Below are positions 11,001-20,700 of a DNA stretch of 39,865 nt, one piece after another. The first letter of the stretch is position 1, and each line of letters opens with the position of its first letter. Source of the stretch: a virus (taxonomy: Duplodnaviria; Caudoviricetes); IMG/VR virus record IMGVR_UViG_3300020460_000006, positions 1-39,865 of that record; one strand, given 5' to 3'. Made by a program: the position numbers and the translations under genes. Under the pieces are notes generated by a model. That model saw only the letters and a list, made by a program, of their open reading frames with translations. It searched no databases and was not told the origin of the DNA.

Positions 11001-11966
11001 ACTACTGCTTCTGAAAGACGAAGGACAGACGATACTTCCGATAAGATTGTAGATTTAGATATTGCAGGAAATGCATATCCATTTACAGGAGAATTAAAAA
11101 TTGAAACTGAAAGCAATCATGGAATTGTTGATGGTGGCAGTGGTTTAATTACAGGTCTTACTGGTGGTCTTTCGTATTTGAATTATGGAAATTTCCACAC
11201 TGCATTAAATGCAAGTGAAAACAACTTATTTTATACGATTCCTCGACCTGATCCTAGTCAAATTGAAAACTGGAATGGCAACGCAAGTACTCGTCAGTTT
11301 AGTTCTAAGCATCCTTGGAATAAAGATGGATTTTTATTGAATCGAACTGCGTCAGTCAATCTTATTGGAAATTCGACAATAGGCACTAATCCTGCTGACA
11401 CTGGCATATCGCAAAATTTTTACCTTCAATATAACGGAGCTTTTTTTGAAAGAGGCTTAAAGTATGCGGAAGTTAAATCGATCAGTGCTGAGTATTCGGA
11501 TGGAGAAGTCATCACTGATAGCATTTTGGCTACGTCAGGTGTGACTACGTTGTCAGGGTCTACTAGTTCTTACAGCTTTTCTTCTAATCAGGGCTTTTCT
11601 TACGTGATTGGTTACAAGCCGGAAATCTACTTCTCTACCCTCCCTCCTGTCCTGAACAATCAACTTGGTGACATGGATTTGAATTATACGTTTTTGACTT
11701 CGGCTACTCTTCAGATTAAAGATGCTCATCAGATAGGAGTTCGTCATTACGGCGAGTCAATTGCTAACGAAATTGATCTTGTTGATGACATTCCTGCAAT
11801 TTTGTCTAGGACTCAAGATGCCGTCCGGAGAGAAGGTAGGTATAAGGTTGAGTTAGACCAAAGGGAAGAAAACGAAACCTCTAAATTGACTTTCTACCCG
11901 GAAGCTGGGTATCCGTTTTTGATTCAGAAAATAAACCTTAGAGGGGAGCGCGGAACGAGACCGTGA
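8055..11966 (+). CDS. Tail nozzle (tail tubular protein B-like), enlarged by insertions
   Basis: NFSGGEISP.L.GRSD, RPGTEYV, Y.LEF, HRNYRP.KL.R and WP.A....DNRL.FA motifs; 1303 aa. Confidence 0.88.
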   Translation: MTQVNISQKNFSGGEISPDLEGRSDLQVYSKGLSTSLNVMCTNKGDLIPRPGTEYVSLTSNIDTLANRSPKKARLIAFKVSEDLSYMLEFTDKRLRIFKDGKVLEGVTDSIRFPQAAAPVHSNTLADMGDVLDTPEAGFLFLRPNRTTLDAGDGPFYFEFDQIVYDGRATANVPTVGVTSSINLQTKDTSAQGKGSSTEFNSSHTVTSGNRFWVHSVERNVTAPATDRGAYVANQLCDIVYITDEYQNVGIEGAQLNVTATSNMTDFSWVFENKSITYTGGTSTVASSSNLDYFVTPYLEDDLDDIQFAYYGDTMYFAHRNYRPTKLVRTGETNFKYNNFYFNGGPWRESSTYGESWQGLAKFADPSELHPIPSSAVEGQKFPLATTGEVQWDGGNGTTGKNINENGIDTHIFLHENSPSIKTSLSGYDADSSWAGRAVRIRFNIGQGSGRTNLVADTFGNLDTMQKAVTGVASEDINNKEAAFDAFTSFDTSTFLWAEGVVQEQRHTAPSSLTITGKGASDRVFTSASPGLLYVGSNSFLAPGDIVELNVMGGAGTLPTHSGVNKSDTEPNALKPNQFYVHSVYDDTQVYLCDSYAKVNVDSQQFSGSYTSTDESADTVTVVLRKHTNPTRQLRIKINKPFAFTNLIAESNNEVWVWLKASSQTRIGHLFEDPLDDGTGGWPGAICVFDNRLFFASNNENPSMMAASVKGDFENFTPDDGGSNSANNVDDPDTDVYWAPGGTQNPRTFPTDSFTYSLQEGTSGKILWMKNMPQGLAVATANGIYMSNKPQRNETYGPGNWKMDLISEEGANSTYPEYIDGKLYYINARGDKLLSLKYSVEADAFKPTVESIISEHLFKDGIVDMAFARSPIQVLWLVSKNGDLISGVILDSEEQKAFFNHRIAGPAYLARPRSKVNSIAVIPSVNKDFDQLWLSVERNVSITIDTADTADTAGPYNTLECLTQYSPYLSDTKDFVGLDLSITTASERRRTDDTSDKIVDLDIAGNAYPFTGELKIETESNHGIVDGGSGLITGLTGGLSYLNYGNFHTALNASENNLFYTIPRPDPSQIENWNGNASTRQFSSKHPWNKDGFLLNRTASVNLIGNSTIGTNPADTGISQNFYLQYNGAFFERGLKYAEVKSISAEYSDGEVITDSILATSGVTTLSGSTSSYSFSSNQGFSYVIGYKPEIYFSTLPPVLNNQLGDMDLNYTFLTSATLQIKDAHQIGVRHYGESIANEIDLVDDIPAILSRTQDAVRREGRYKVELDQREENETSKLTFYPEAGYPFLIQKINLRGERGTRP

Positions 11967-12391
11967 TTGACATTAGAAAGTCCAAGCTAGAGGATGCTAA
12001 ATTACTTGGATACGATTTATCCAATAATTTCAACCCTTTGGAATCTTCTAAATTCTGTTTTACACTTATAAAAGACGATCAGTATTTAGCCATGTTTGGA
12101 TCTATTGAGGTTAATAACGGGACTCACAGACTGTGGTTAATTCTAAACAAAGAAGGTAAACGCTACCCGCTGCTTTACACAAAAACGGTTAAAGCGGCTT
12201 TAGGAAACATACGGTTACTCGACCCCGCCACAAGGCGGGTCGAGCTAACCGTCCGAGATGACTTTAAAAGCGGAAAGGATTGGGCGGAGATGCTTGGGTT
12301 TGTAAAAGAAGGTCTTTTACATAACTATGATCCTGAAGATTCAATGGATCACGTTATTTACTATTTGCCAGAGGACAAATGGAATGGCTGA
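11963..12391 (+). CDS. GNAT-fold protein (T7 gp13-like position)
   Basis: RRVELTV......WAEMLGF.KEGLL..Y pattern; follows the nozzle gene. Confidence 0.7.
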   Translation: MIDIRKSKLEDAKLLGYDLSNNFNPLESSKFCFTLIKDDQYLAMFGSIEVNNGTHRLWLILNKEGKRYPLLYTKTVKAALGNIRLLDPATRRVELTVRDDFKSGKDWAEMLGFVKEGLLHNYDPEDSMDHVIYYLPEDKWNG

Positions 12392-12926
12392 TCCCGTTAC
12401 AGCGACAATAGTTCTCGGCGTTTTAGCTACAAGTGCTGCAACCGCTAGTGCTGCAAGCACCACTATTCAAGCTGAAGGCGCAAAAGAGATTGCAGAAGAA
12501 AAAACCCAAGCTGGCAGAAAGCAAGCTGGAATCGAAACTCACCAAGCTTTAAGCCGAGCTTTAGCTCAAGAAGGAACAACTTCGCAGTTTAAAACTACTG
12601 CTGTTGATCAGATTCTTGATGCTGAAAGGCAAGCCCAAGTTGACATTAAAAGAGACGAGCAGCTTGCAAAGCATGATGCTGATAATCAAATTGCAAATGC
12701 GTGGATTGATGTGGGGATAACGGCTGCAATGAGCGGGATGGCAATTGGTTCAGCTAAAGCTGAAGCAGCCAAGCTTGCAGGAACTGGGACTGGTGCTCAA
12801 GTTGGTCAAGCTGGAGGTCAAGCAGGAAGCGGAACGCTTTTGCTTCCTAAAGGATCTTTAACTCCTTCAGGAGCAGGTTCTACTGTACTTGATCCTAGTA
12901 TGCTTAGCGGCGCTGTAATTGGTTAA
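12384..12926 (+). CDS. Small internal virion (ejection) protein, gp14-like
   Basis: MADPVTATIVLGV hydrophobic N-terminus, A/G-rich; GAGG SD before 12384. Confidence 0.7.
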   Translation: MADPVTATIVLGVLATSAATASAASTTIQAEGAKEIAEEKTQAGRKQAGIETHQALSRALAQEGTTSQFKTTAVDQILDAERQAQVDIKRDEQLAKHDADNQIANAWIDVGITAAMSGMAIGSAKAEAAKLAGTGTGAQVGQAGGQAGSGTLLLPKGSLTPSGAGSTVLDPSMLSGAVIG

Positions 12927-12946
12927 TCGAGGAATCGAGGCTTTAA

Positions 12947-15900
12947 ATGGCTAACGCTTTTGACAACTTAACTAGATTGTTCCAGTCTGCTGCGCATGAG
13001 TATGGAACAAAGCCTCTTCAAGAACAGGCTAGGACCGCTCAGATTATTGATCAAAATAATCTGAGAGAGGCTACTACTAAAAGTGCGACTAAATACAATC
13101 TAGAGCTTAAAAGCATTCGTCAAAGAATGGATGCTGGTGAATTTGATGATGATTCTGGTTCTTTAAATCTTGAAGCAGTTCAGCAAGCTCGAATTACCGC
13201 TCGTGATGAATTCGAGCAGTCTTTGCCCGACTACACGTCCAGAGAGCACCTCAACTACAGGGATGAAAACTGGTCAAAGATTATTGAATCTAATAAACAA
13301 AATGTCATTAGCTCTGTCGTTTCACAAACAGAGCTTCAAGAAAATGATTTTGATATAAGATTCCAAGAACAAAGAATTATAAATAATGCTAACGAGGCTC
13401 TTACTGAAGCAATGTCTATTGCTTTCCAAGGTGGAAGCAGGGATCAGGTAGAAGCTGAACTCAATAGAGGGTATCGCTTTATAGAGCAGCCTACAGTTTC
13501 AATGGCTTTTGATGGCACCCTTACTCCTACGTCTGTAAACATAGGAGATGAAGTGCTAACAAGAGAGAAAGTTAGAAAAGGAATTCTATTACGCCCTGAT
13601 ACCGAAATGAGCCCAATTGCCAAATACAAATTAGCTTCACAATATGAAGCTAGTGAAATAGACATGACTGAGGACGAGCGCAATGCTTATTTAGCATCTG
13701 CTAAATCAGGTGCACAGAACAATTTTAAGCAAAATATTACTGATATAAATACTGCTATGAGCAACATAAGCCCTTTAGCTCCCAAAGAAGAACGAGTTAG
13801 GCTAACTGAATTTTATACAGAGAAATTGCAACAAGCTGTACAAGATGACCCTTGGCTAATGGATCGCCAAGACGTAAATAAAGCTTATAGAGATTTAAAT
13901 AGAACTTTAATTAAAATGCAAAAGCCAAGCTTAGAAAATATTGATAAAGCTTTTAATGAACAATTTGAAGGAAGATTAGAATTAGTACAAGATCAACTTG
14001 CTGCTCAGGAAATTACTCCTGAGCATATTTCTTATCCTTCTCATGTTTTAAAAAACATTACTTTGCTAGAAGATGGTACTCACTTTATTAATAAAAAAAC
14101 TGTTGAATACGTTAATGATTACTTTCAAAGCTTTTTGCAAAAAATAGAAAATAACACGGCGACCGAGGCCGACAGAAATCAAGCGTATGAGCTTTTAAAG
14201 AATTACGGAATTTTAATTGGCAACTCTCAAAGGTTTGAAGAGTTTAATGATGATATTTATTACAACTACGCGAATAAAACCTTTGGTCCTGCTTCGCAAA
14301 TATCTTATGAAAGCGGATTTAGCCCTGCTGGCATGTCGCCGACTCAAATCTTTGGCGAACTGCATGAAGAGGTTGCCAAGCAAGCTTTCTACTCCCCTAT
14401 TTCCGTAGGTGGAGGAGGTGCTTCTGGCTCGACTTCTAGAACTCCGTTAGTTGTAAACAATCAAGCTTCTTTGCAATCTTTGCACAATTCGACAGTTAAG
14501 TTTTTGCCTGACGAGCTTAAAGGTGAAGTTGGCGTTGATTTTGGAAATTTAAATAGAAGCTTTTCTAATCATCCTGACGCATTAGGGATTGTGTTTTTAA
14601 CTACACAATTAATGCCAAACACTTTTGGGTTTAGAGAATCTGATCACACATCGCCTATTGCTTTTGATAAGCCTGAGCAGGTTTTATCGTTTTTGAATAG
14701 TCGTGGTTACACTGAGTCTGACATTAGTCGCTTTAGTCGATTTTTGTCTGAAGGCGATACTGAAGTCAAGATGAGAGAAATTTTATCGGCAAGAAGATCT
14801 GGAGACTTCAATACTTCCGAAGCTGCTAAGAAGTACGGTTTATACGAAAGGGATGGCGTCATTGTAAGAGATACTGTCGTTGCTGATTTATACAATGGCG
14901 GATTAAATCACAATGGTAGAAGTGCAGAAATTGCAGGCAAACTAGTCATTGCAAGTCAGTTGAATTTAATTGATCCAGAACGATGGGCTCAATTTGATGA
15001 TGAACAAAGATTAAAATTTATAGAAAGCATTAGATTAGATAGCTTGGATGGTGATTCTTACAGAGTTTATCATTATGGATCATTTGTAGGCAGAGGAAAC
15101 GTTAGCGATCCTCAAAATCCATTTTTCCAATTAGATACTGCTTTGACTATTACTCAAGATGGATACAAATCTATTTTAGACAATCCAATTGCTTCTCAGT
15201 ACGAATTTCCTCGCGTTTATGACGATTGGTCATTTGGGGAAGTAGCTTTTAGTGCTTTTAGAATATTAGACACTATTGCGGATGCATCTACATACATTCC
15301 AGGACTCATAACTCAAGGCATTCGCCCTGAAGTAACTGAGTATTTTTTAGGGACAGGTCTTTTTAGCGAAGATCAAATTAATTATGTCTTTGATAAGCTT
15401 CCTGACACCGGAAGCTATAAAAGAACTAAATTGCCTGGATTTGGATACAGAGCTTATGGTCCGGCCAATTTTTCTTCTGAAGATCAAGAGGCTAATTTTT
15501 CTTTCAAGTCAGTTAAGGGTCCGCTAGGAGAAGCAACTGTTGCCGAGATAATTAATCCTGAATCTTCTACTCCATTTTTTGTTGAAATAATGAAAGAAGA
15601 AGGCCTTTCTTTAATAGAAGGTCGAGGGTTTATGGGTACTGATCAAACAGTTGGAATTACTGACGCTTTTGATGCTCTTTATACTGACCCTGGATTAAGA
15701 GCAAATGTTGGAAGCAAGCCTCAAGGAGCAAGATTTCTTGCTGCTATAGATCACTTATTTGGGAAACCTTTTATAAAAGGTAGGGCTTTGTTTAACCAAC
15801 AAAGCAAAGTAACAGTAGAATTTGCAAATTTATTTGTTGCTCAAAACCCAGAGTTGTTTGAGGGTTTGGATTCTCCTCCTTCTGTTTTAGATGTCCTTCG

Positions 15901-17734
15901 TGCTGCTGATAAAAAGAACAAAGAGCAATGGATTGCTGATGGAAAAGATATTGAATCTTTTCCATCAGAACTAGATATTTTGGCAGCTTTAGATGTTGAA
16001 GATTATCTAGGAGAAAACACTAGATCTCTTGCTGCTATTCCTTCTATTGCTCACACTCATTTAAGGCATTTCCTCTTAGGGTTACAAAGTCTTCCCCAGA
16101 CTCTTCCCGAAAATATGAGAACATTAAACAAAAGACTGCACCTTCAAAAAGATGCTCAATTTGTAAGTTTTGTTCCGCCCGTTTTAGCTGAAGCCGAATC
16201 TGCAAGATACCAAGCTGCTTTAAATGAAGTTACAAACGGCCTTGGCGTTTTTGGATCTGCAAATGAAATTAATGATATGATTCGAGAGAATGCCTTAATT
16301 GCAGAAAATTCATTAATTTTGCCGTACCGAGGTACTGAAACTGTACGAGAGACTATGGACTCTGCAATTGATGCCATGAGAGGAGTTGGGACTGGTACTC
16401 CAGTCAATGCGGCTTTGCCGTTAGATACACCTATTAACATGCGCGACGCACTTGGTCCGTTCTTAGACGGAGAGCTTGAAGAAGGCATAAAAGTAAACGT
16501 TACTACTGGAGACGGAAAAACGACTGGTGGAATGATCACTGTAGTTAAAGATGCTGATACGATTAACACTGTTGTTAACTACACTGACGCAAAAGGCAAT
16601 GATGTTTCTGTTGAGTTAACTGGTCGTTTAAAGGGATTAAAAGCCGCAGAGGTTTTTGATGAGCATTTCAGAAGAGGCAAAGGAGATAGGCCCTATTCTG
16701 AAGTAGGGGGCAAAGAAGCTACTCGTTTCTTTGCAGCCGTTCTCAATGCTTCAGGTGAACATACTACTGTTGTTTTAAGTGGAGAAAAAGGCACGTTTGG
16801 ACGTGAGTTAATTGACGTAAAGCTTGGTCCTAAAGGCATGGACTGGACTGAGCTGGCAACTAGCCTCGGCATTGGTCAGTTTGAAAGACGCTTTGCTGTC
16901 GAGCTTCCTGATTTTGCGAATCAAGAAGTAACGCCTGAGTCTGTTGAAGAAATGCGAAAGCAGTTTCTTGCTGAAGTTGACACTTGGCAAAACGCTCGCG
17001 TCTACAACGCTCCTCAGAGTGGAACTAAAATCTTCCCGACTAGCCATCCTTATGTGACCAACGAAGAGGGCGGCACTTCAAACGTCAGGCTTTCTACTTA
17101 CGAGCAAAACGACATTCATTATGTCGTGCCTGCGATGGTAGATGGCGAGATGATTGACGATCCGTTTGGTGTCGCTAGGCGAAAGGGGTTGCATAACTAC
17201 CCTAGCTTCAGAACAGCAGAAGAAGCATTGCGGTTCAGCAAAGAGCAGCACGGAAACATCACTCCAGATGGAATCTGGCTCCCTACCTCCAAACCCTCTC
17301 CTGAGAATGAAAGTGCTGTAATTGGTTCTATGTTTCGGACTAAAGCTTTTGTTGAAGAAAAGAAAGCTATGTCTAGAGATAAAGCATCGAAAAACAGAGA
17401 ACGTTTGTTGGCTGAATCTCAAGAAGTATTTATTAATCCTGCACTTTCTATTGCTATTGCTGAATCAGAATCTCCTTACGATTTAAGTCTCCCTGGGGGT
17501 CTTGATGAACTTGGAGAAAGTCTAGATAAGTACGGGAATAATCTCTTTGATGTATTGGCTTCTAGACATTTAGGGGAAAGTAATTTCTTGAGATTAAGGA
17601 GGTCTAACCAACCGTTGCCTGACAGCACTAAGGAATATGTCTCAGATGTTTTATTTAGAATGGACGAGTTAATACGAGAGCTGACAGCACAGAACTTCCG
17701 ATGGGACGAGGGGCAGTTTACCAGTGGTAGCTAA
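12947..17734 (+). CDS. Large internal virion (ejection) protein with C-terminal SNase-like and transglycosylase-like domains
   Basis: Position in the ejection cluster; helical N-terminus; VVKDADT/RLKGLKAAE/GKEAT.F/TFGREL motif order; PAL.IAIAESES...STKEYV.DV. Confidence 0.7.
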   Translation: MANAFDNLTRLFQSAAHEYGTKPLQEQARTAQIIDQNNLREATTKSATKYNLELKSIRQRMDAGEFDDDSGSLNLEAVQQARITARDEFEQSLPDYTSREHLNYRDENWSKIIESNKQNVISSVVSQTELQENDFDIRFQEQRIINNANEALTEAMSIAFQGGSRDQVEAELNRGYRFIEQPTVSMAFDGTLTPTSVNIGDEVLTREKVRKGILLRPDTEMSPIAKYKLASQYEASEIDMTEDERNAYLASAKSGAQNNFKQNITDINTAMSNISPLAPKEERVRLTEFYTEKLQQAVQDDPWLMDRQDVNKAYRDLNRTLIKMQKPSLENIDKAFNEQFEGRLELVQDQLAAQEITPEHISYPSHVLKNITLLEDGTHFINKKTVEYVNDYFQSFLQKIENNTATEADRNQAYELLKNYGILIGNSQRFEEFNDDIYYNYANKTFGPASQISYESGFSPAGMSPTQIFGELHEEVAKQAFYSPISVGGGGASGSTSRTPLVVNNQASLQSLHNSTVKFLPDELKGEVGVDFGNLNRSFSNHPDALGIVFLTTQLMPNTFGFRESDHTSPIAFDKPEQVLSFLNSRGYTESDISRFSRFLSEGDTEVKMREILSARRSGDFNTSEAAKKYGLYERDGVIVRDTVVADLYNGGLNHNGRSAEIAGKLVIASQLNLIDPERWAQFDDEQRLKFIESIRLDSLDGDSYRVYHYGSFVGRGNVSDPQNPFFQLDTALTITQDGYKSILDNPIASQYEFPRVYDDWSFGEVAFSAFRILDTIADASTYIPGLITQGIRPEVTEYFLGTGLFSEDQINYVFDKLPDTGSYKRTKLPGFGYRAYGPANFSSEDQEANFSFKSVKGPLGEATVAEIINPESSTPFFVEIMKEEGLSLIEGRGFMGTDQTVGITDAFDALYTDPGLRANVGSKPQGARFLAAIDHLFGKPFIKGRALFNQQSKVTVEFANLFVAQNPELFEGLDSPPSVLDVLRAADKKNKEQWIADGKDIESFPSELDILAALDVEDYLGENTRSLAAIPSIAHTHLRHFLLGLQSLPQTLPENMRTLNKRLHLQKDAQFVSFVPPVLAEAESARYQAALNEVTNGLGVFGSANEINDMIRENALIAENSLILPYRGTETVRETMDSAIDAMRGVGTGTPVNAALPLDTPINMRDALGPFLDGELEEGIKVNVTTGDGKTTGGMITVVKDADTINTVVNYTDAKGNDVSVELTGRLKGLKAAEVFDEHFRRGKGDRPYSEVGGKEATRFFAAVLNASGEHTTVVLSGEKGTFGRELIDVKLGPKGMDWTELATSLGIGQFERRFAVELPDFANQEVTPESVEEMRKQFLAEVDTWQNARVYNAPQSGTKIFPTSHPYVTNEEGGTSNVRLSTYEQNDIHYVVPAMVDGEMIDDPFGVARRKGLHNYPSFRTAEEALRFSKEQHGNITPDGIWLPTSKPSPENESAVIGSMFRTKAFVEEKKAMSRDKASKNRERLLAESQEVFINPALSIAIAESESPYDLSLPGGLDELGESLDKYGNNLFDVLASRHLGESNFLRLRRSNQPLPDSTKEYVSDVLFRMDELIRELTAQNFRWDEGQFTSGS

Positions 17735-20700
17735 ACCTACAGACAAGACGGCGAATCCCGCCGCAGCGCAAGCTGCGGTCGGGATCTCGCCTACGAATAC
17801 TTACGCACGCCCCAGAACGTATCAGGACGTTCCTGGGGGCGTTACGGACATCTTTGGCAATGACGTATTTATGCGTGAGCCGCACCCTTTAGAGACGATT
17901 AGGCAAGATCCTAGTTTTGTAGACATCATTCATGCTGGCGCTGGTCTTACTGCAACTGCTCACGTCTATAGAAACTTTAAATCAGTCAATCCAGAAGAGC
18001 TTCGTGATTTAGGATTTATGCCAAGACAAGATAATCAAGATTGGGAAGAAAACGTCCATCAAATTGCCAATGCAGATTTAGAAAAATTAGAAGATCAAGC
18101 AAGGTTTTTGGGTTACGCAAGTCCGACTTCGCACGAAATCTCTTATTTGCATAACGCAAAAACCCCTGATCAATACGCTAAACGCTTGCAAAATTTATTA
18201 GACAATCGAGAAATCAATAGAACATTAAGTGCTTCTCCAGGCTCTACGATTGCTGCAAGCTTTTTAATTTCTTTGTTTGAACCTCAAAACTTTGCATTAT
18301 TGCCTGTTGCTGGCATGGGCAAAATCAGCACCGCTGCTGCTGCTGCTCGCGGTGCTGGCTTTGGTGCTGGGTTAGCAGCAGTTGAAGAAGTTGCGTTTCA
18401 TCAAACAGATCCGAACAGAGAAGTCCGCGACTCATTAGCAAATATGGCATTTTCTTCTGTCATTTTTGCAGGCATTGGGACTGTTCTTGGACGCAAAGCT
18501 AATGCCCAGCGACAATTGCTAAATGACATTGATGGTTATCTATCAGAAGCTGATGCCATTAATAGGGTAATTCTGAACGTAGATGATTATTTACCTGAAG
18601 GTGGAGCAACAGTATTAAGAACGAGCGAAGTCACTGTAGAAAACCTTCTTGCAATGAATATTGTGGGCCTTGGTCGCAAACGTGCTGAAAAGCTTGTTCG
18701 CAACATTAGGGAGATGTTTGAGTCAACGCCTATGACGGCTGATGACTTTGATGCAATGAGCTTGGCGGGTCTTCCCGAAAGAGCCAAGAAAGAGCTTAAA
18801 GCTCGATTGTTTGTTGATGATGCTTTGGAGCTTTCAGATGAAGCTAATCGTATACACGGAGCGTTTGGAGCTTCTCATGTATTAGGAAAATCGGCTGCCG
18901 TTACTTCTGTTTTAAACAGTTTGATGGACAGTCCTTTTCCAGAAGTCAGAAAGCTCGCGTCAGAGATTTTTGAAAGTCCATATCTCACTACGAGCCAAGT
19001 CAAGTTTGGTCAAAGGGCTCCAGTGGCTCTTGAACAAGAAATCGCTACAAAGCGAATTAACTCTATTGAGCAATACCAAAGCGTACTTTACAGGTCTTAT
19101 CAAAAATACTTAGGCAGAGACGTTGAATCTATGGGTGAGCTTGGTCAGGGAAGAACTGGCGTATTCTTTAGAGGCATAGGGCAAGCTGCAAGAAATATCG
19201 TAACCGGTCAAAATCTTAATTACGCAAACATTGCAACTCCCAAGGGTTTTATGAACCTAGAGGAGTTTCAAGCTAAAGCAGTTATGTATAACCGAGGCTC
19301 TTTGACCAGAGCAGACTTGGGAGACGCTGCTGATTTCATTGAAGAACTATCTAATGAGATGAATAACTTTTACTCTCGATATAGAGATGACATTAAGAAA
19401 GTCTACAAGTTTTTACACGGAGAAAACGATGTAGACTGGAATGACGGTGCATACTTAACGCGAATATGGAATCGCCATCAAATTGAGCGTGACCCTAATC
19501 TTTTCAAGGATTTCTTGATCAATCAGTTGATCAAGAAATACGGTGATGATGCGGCTATTGAAGCTGCAACTGGTTACACCATTGAAAAATGGAAAAAATC
19601 CATAGATAAATCTATTCGTGGAATTCTTTCGAGTCCTGCTGATCGCCTCATACACGAACAGATACTTGATGTCGAAGAACGATTAGGCACTTTTGATCGT
19701 TTATGGAATTTTATTGACGAAGGCGATCTGTATTCCACAGATTTTGTAATTAAAAACTTTTCCTCTATTGCTCATCAATATGCAACCGCAGCTATTGCCG
19801 ACAGCGTTTTCTTTAGGAAATTTGGAACATTTGATTTAGATCAAATCATTGGTGACCTTCGTGAGAAAATGGTCAAAAGAATCGGCAATAGAGATCTTAC
19901 TACTATTGAAAAGCAAAGAATTGAAAAAGATCTTTTTAATGTCAGGAGATCTTTAGAGAGAGTAAGAGGCATTTATATGTCTAAGCACTCTCCTTTGCCT
20001 GGGTCTTTACCTCAGAGAGTAATAGATAGCTCTATGAAGTTTGCCAACATCACAATTGCTGATGGCTTTGGCATAGGCTCTCTCGTTGACATTGGAAGGC
20101 CCATTGTCTTTATGGGGTTATCAAAGGGTCTAGGTACGATATTTCGACAGTTTGCTTTTGGAAACGCAAAGCATTTAAAAGCTCTTGGAGCTGCAAACAG
20201 GCAGTTGCGTTCGTTTATGGTTGGTAACGAAATTAATCAACAGATTCTAATTTCTTCTATGACCAACGTTAACATGAACGAAAAAACTGGGACGATGCTT
20301 GAAACGATTATTTCAGATGCAAATAACGCCATGTTTATGGCTAACGGATTAAGCAACTGGAATCAATTTATAAAGCGAGCTGTTGGAGTAAGCGTTGTTG
20401 ATGTAATTATTGAAAACGCAAACTTAGCTGCGGCTGGCAAGTTGCCTAAAGCCAAGCGCGACCAAATGCTTAAGCTTCATTTAGACGAAAACGATTTAAA
20501 GCTTATTGCTTCAGAGTTCAAAAAGCATGGTTCTTCTTATAAAAAAATACACTTAATGAATTTTGAAAATTGGGATCTAAATGACGACAAGAAATTAGAT
20601 CTTTTCAACAGGCTAAGTGCTGGTATTAGAAAAGAAGTAGACACGATCATCATTACCCCTGGGATGGGCGACACCCCGCTTGTCATGGAAAATTCTTGGG

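Noticed and set aside
15030-15060. Virion RNA polymerase motif (DSLDGD) in the 1595-aa protein
   Set aside because: It does not fit DxDGD spacing and no other RNAP motifs are seen.
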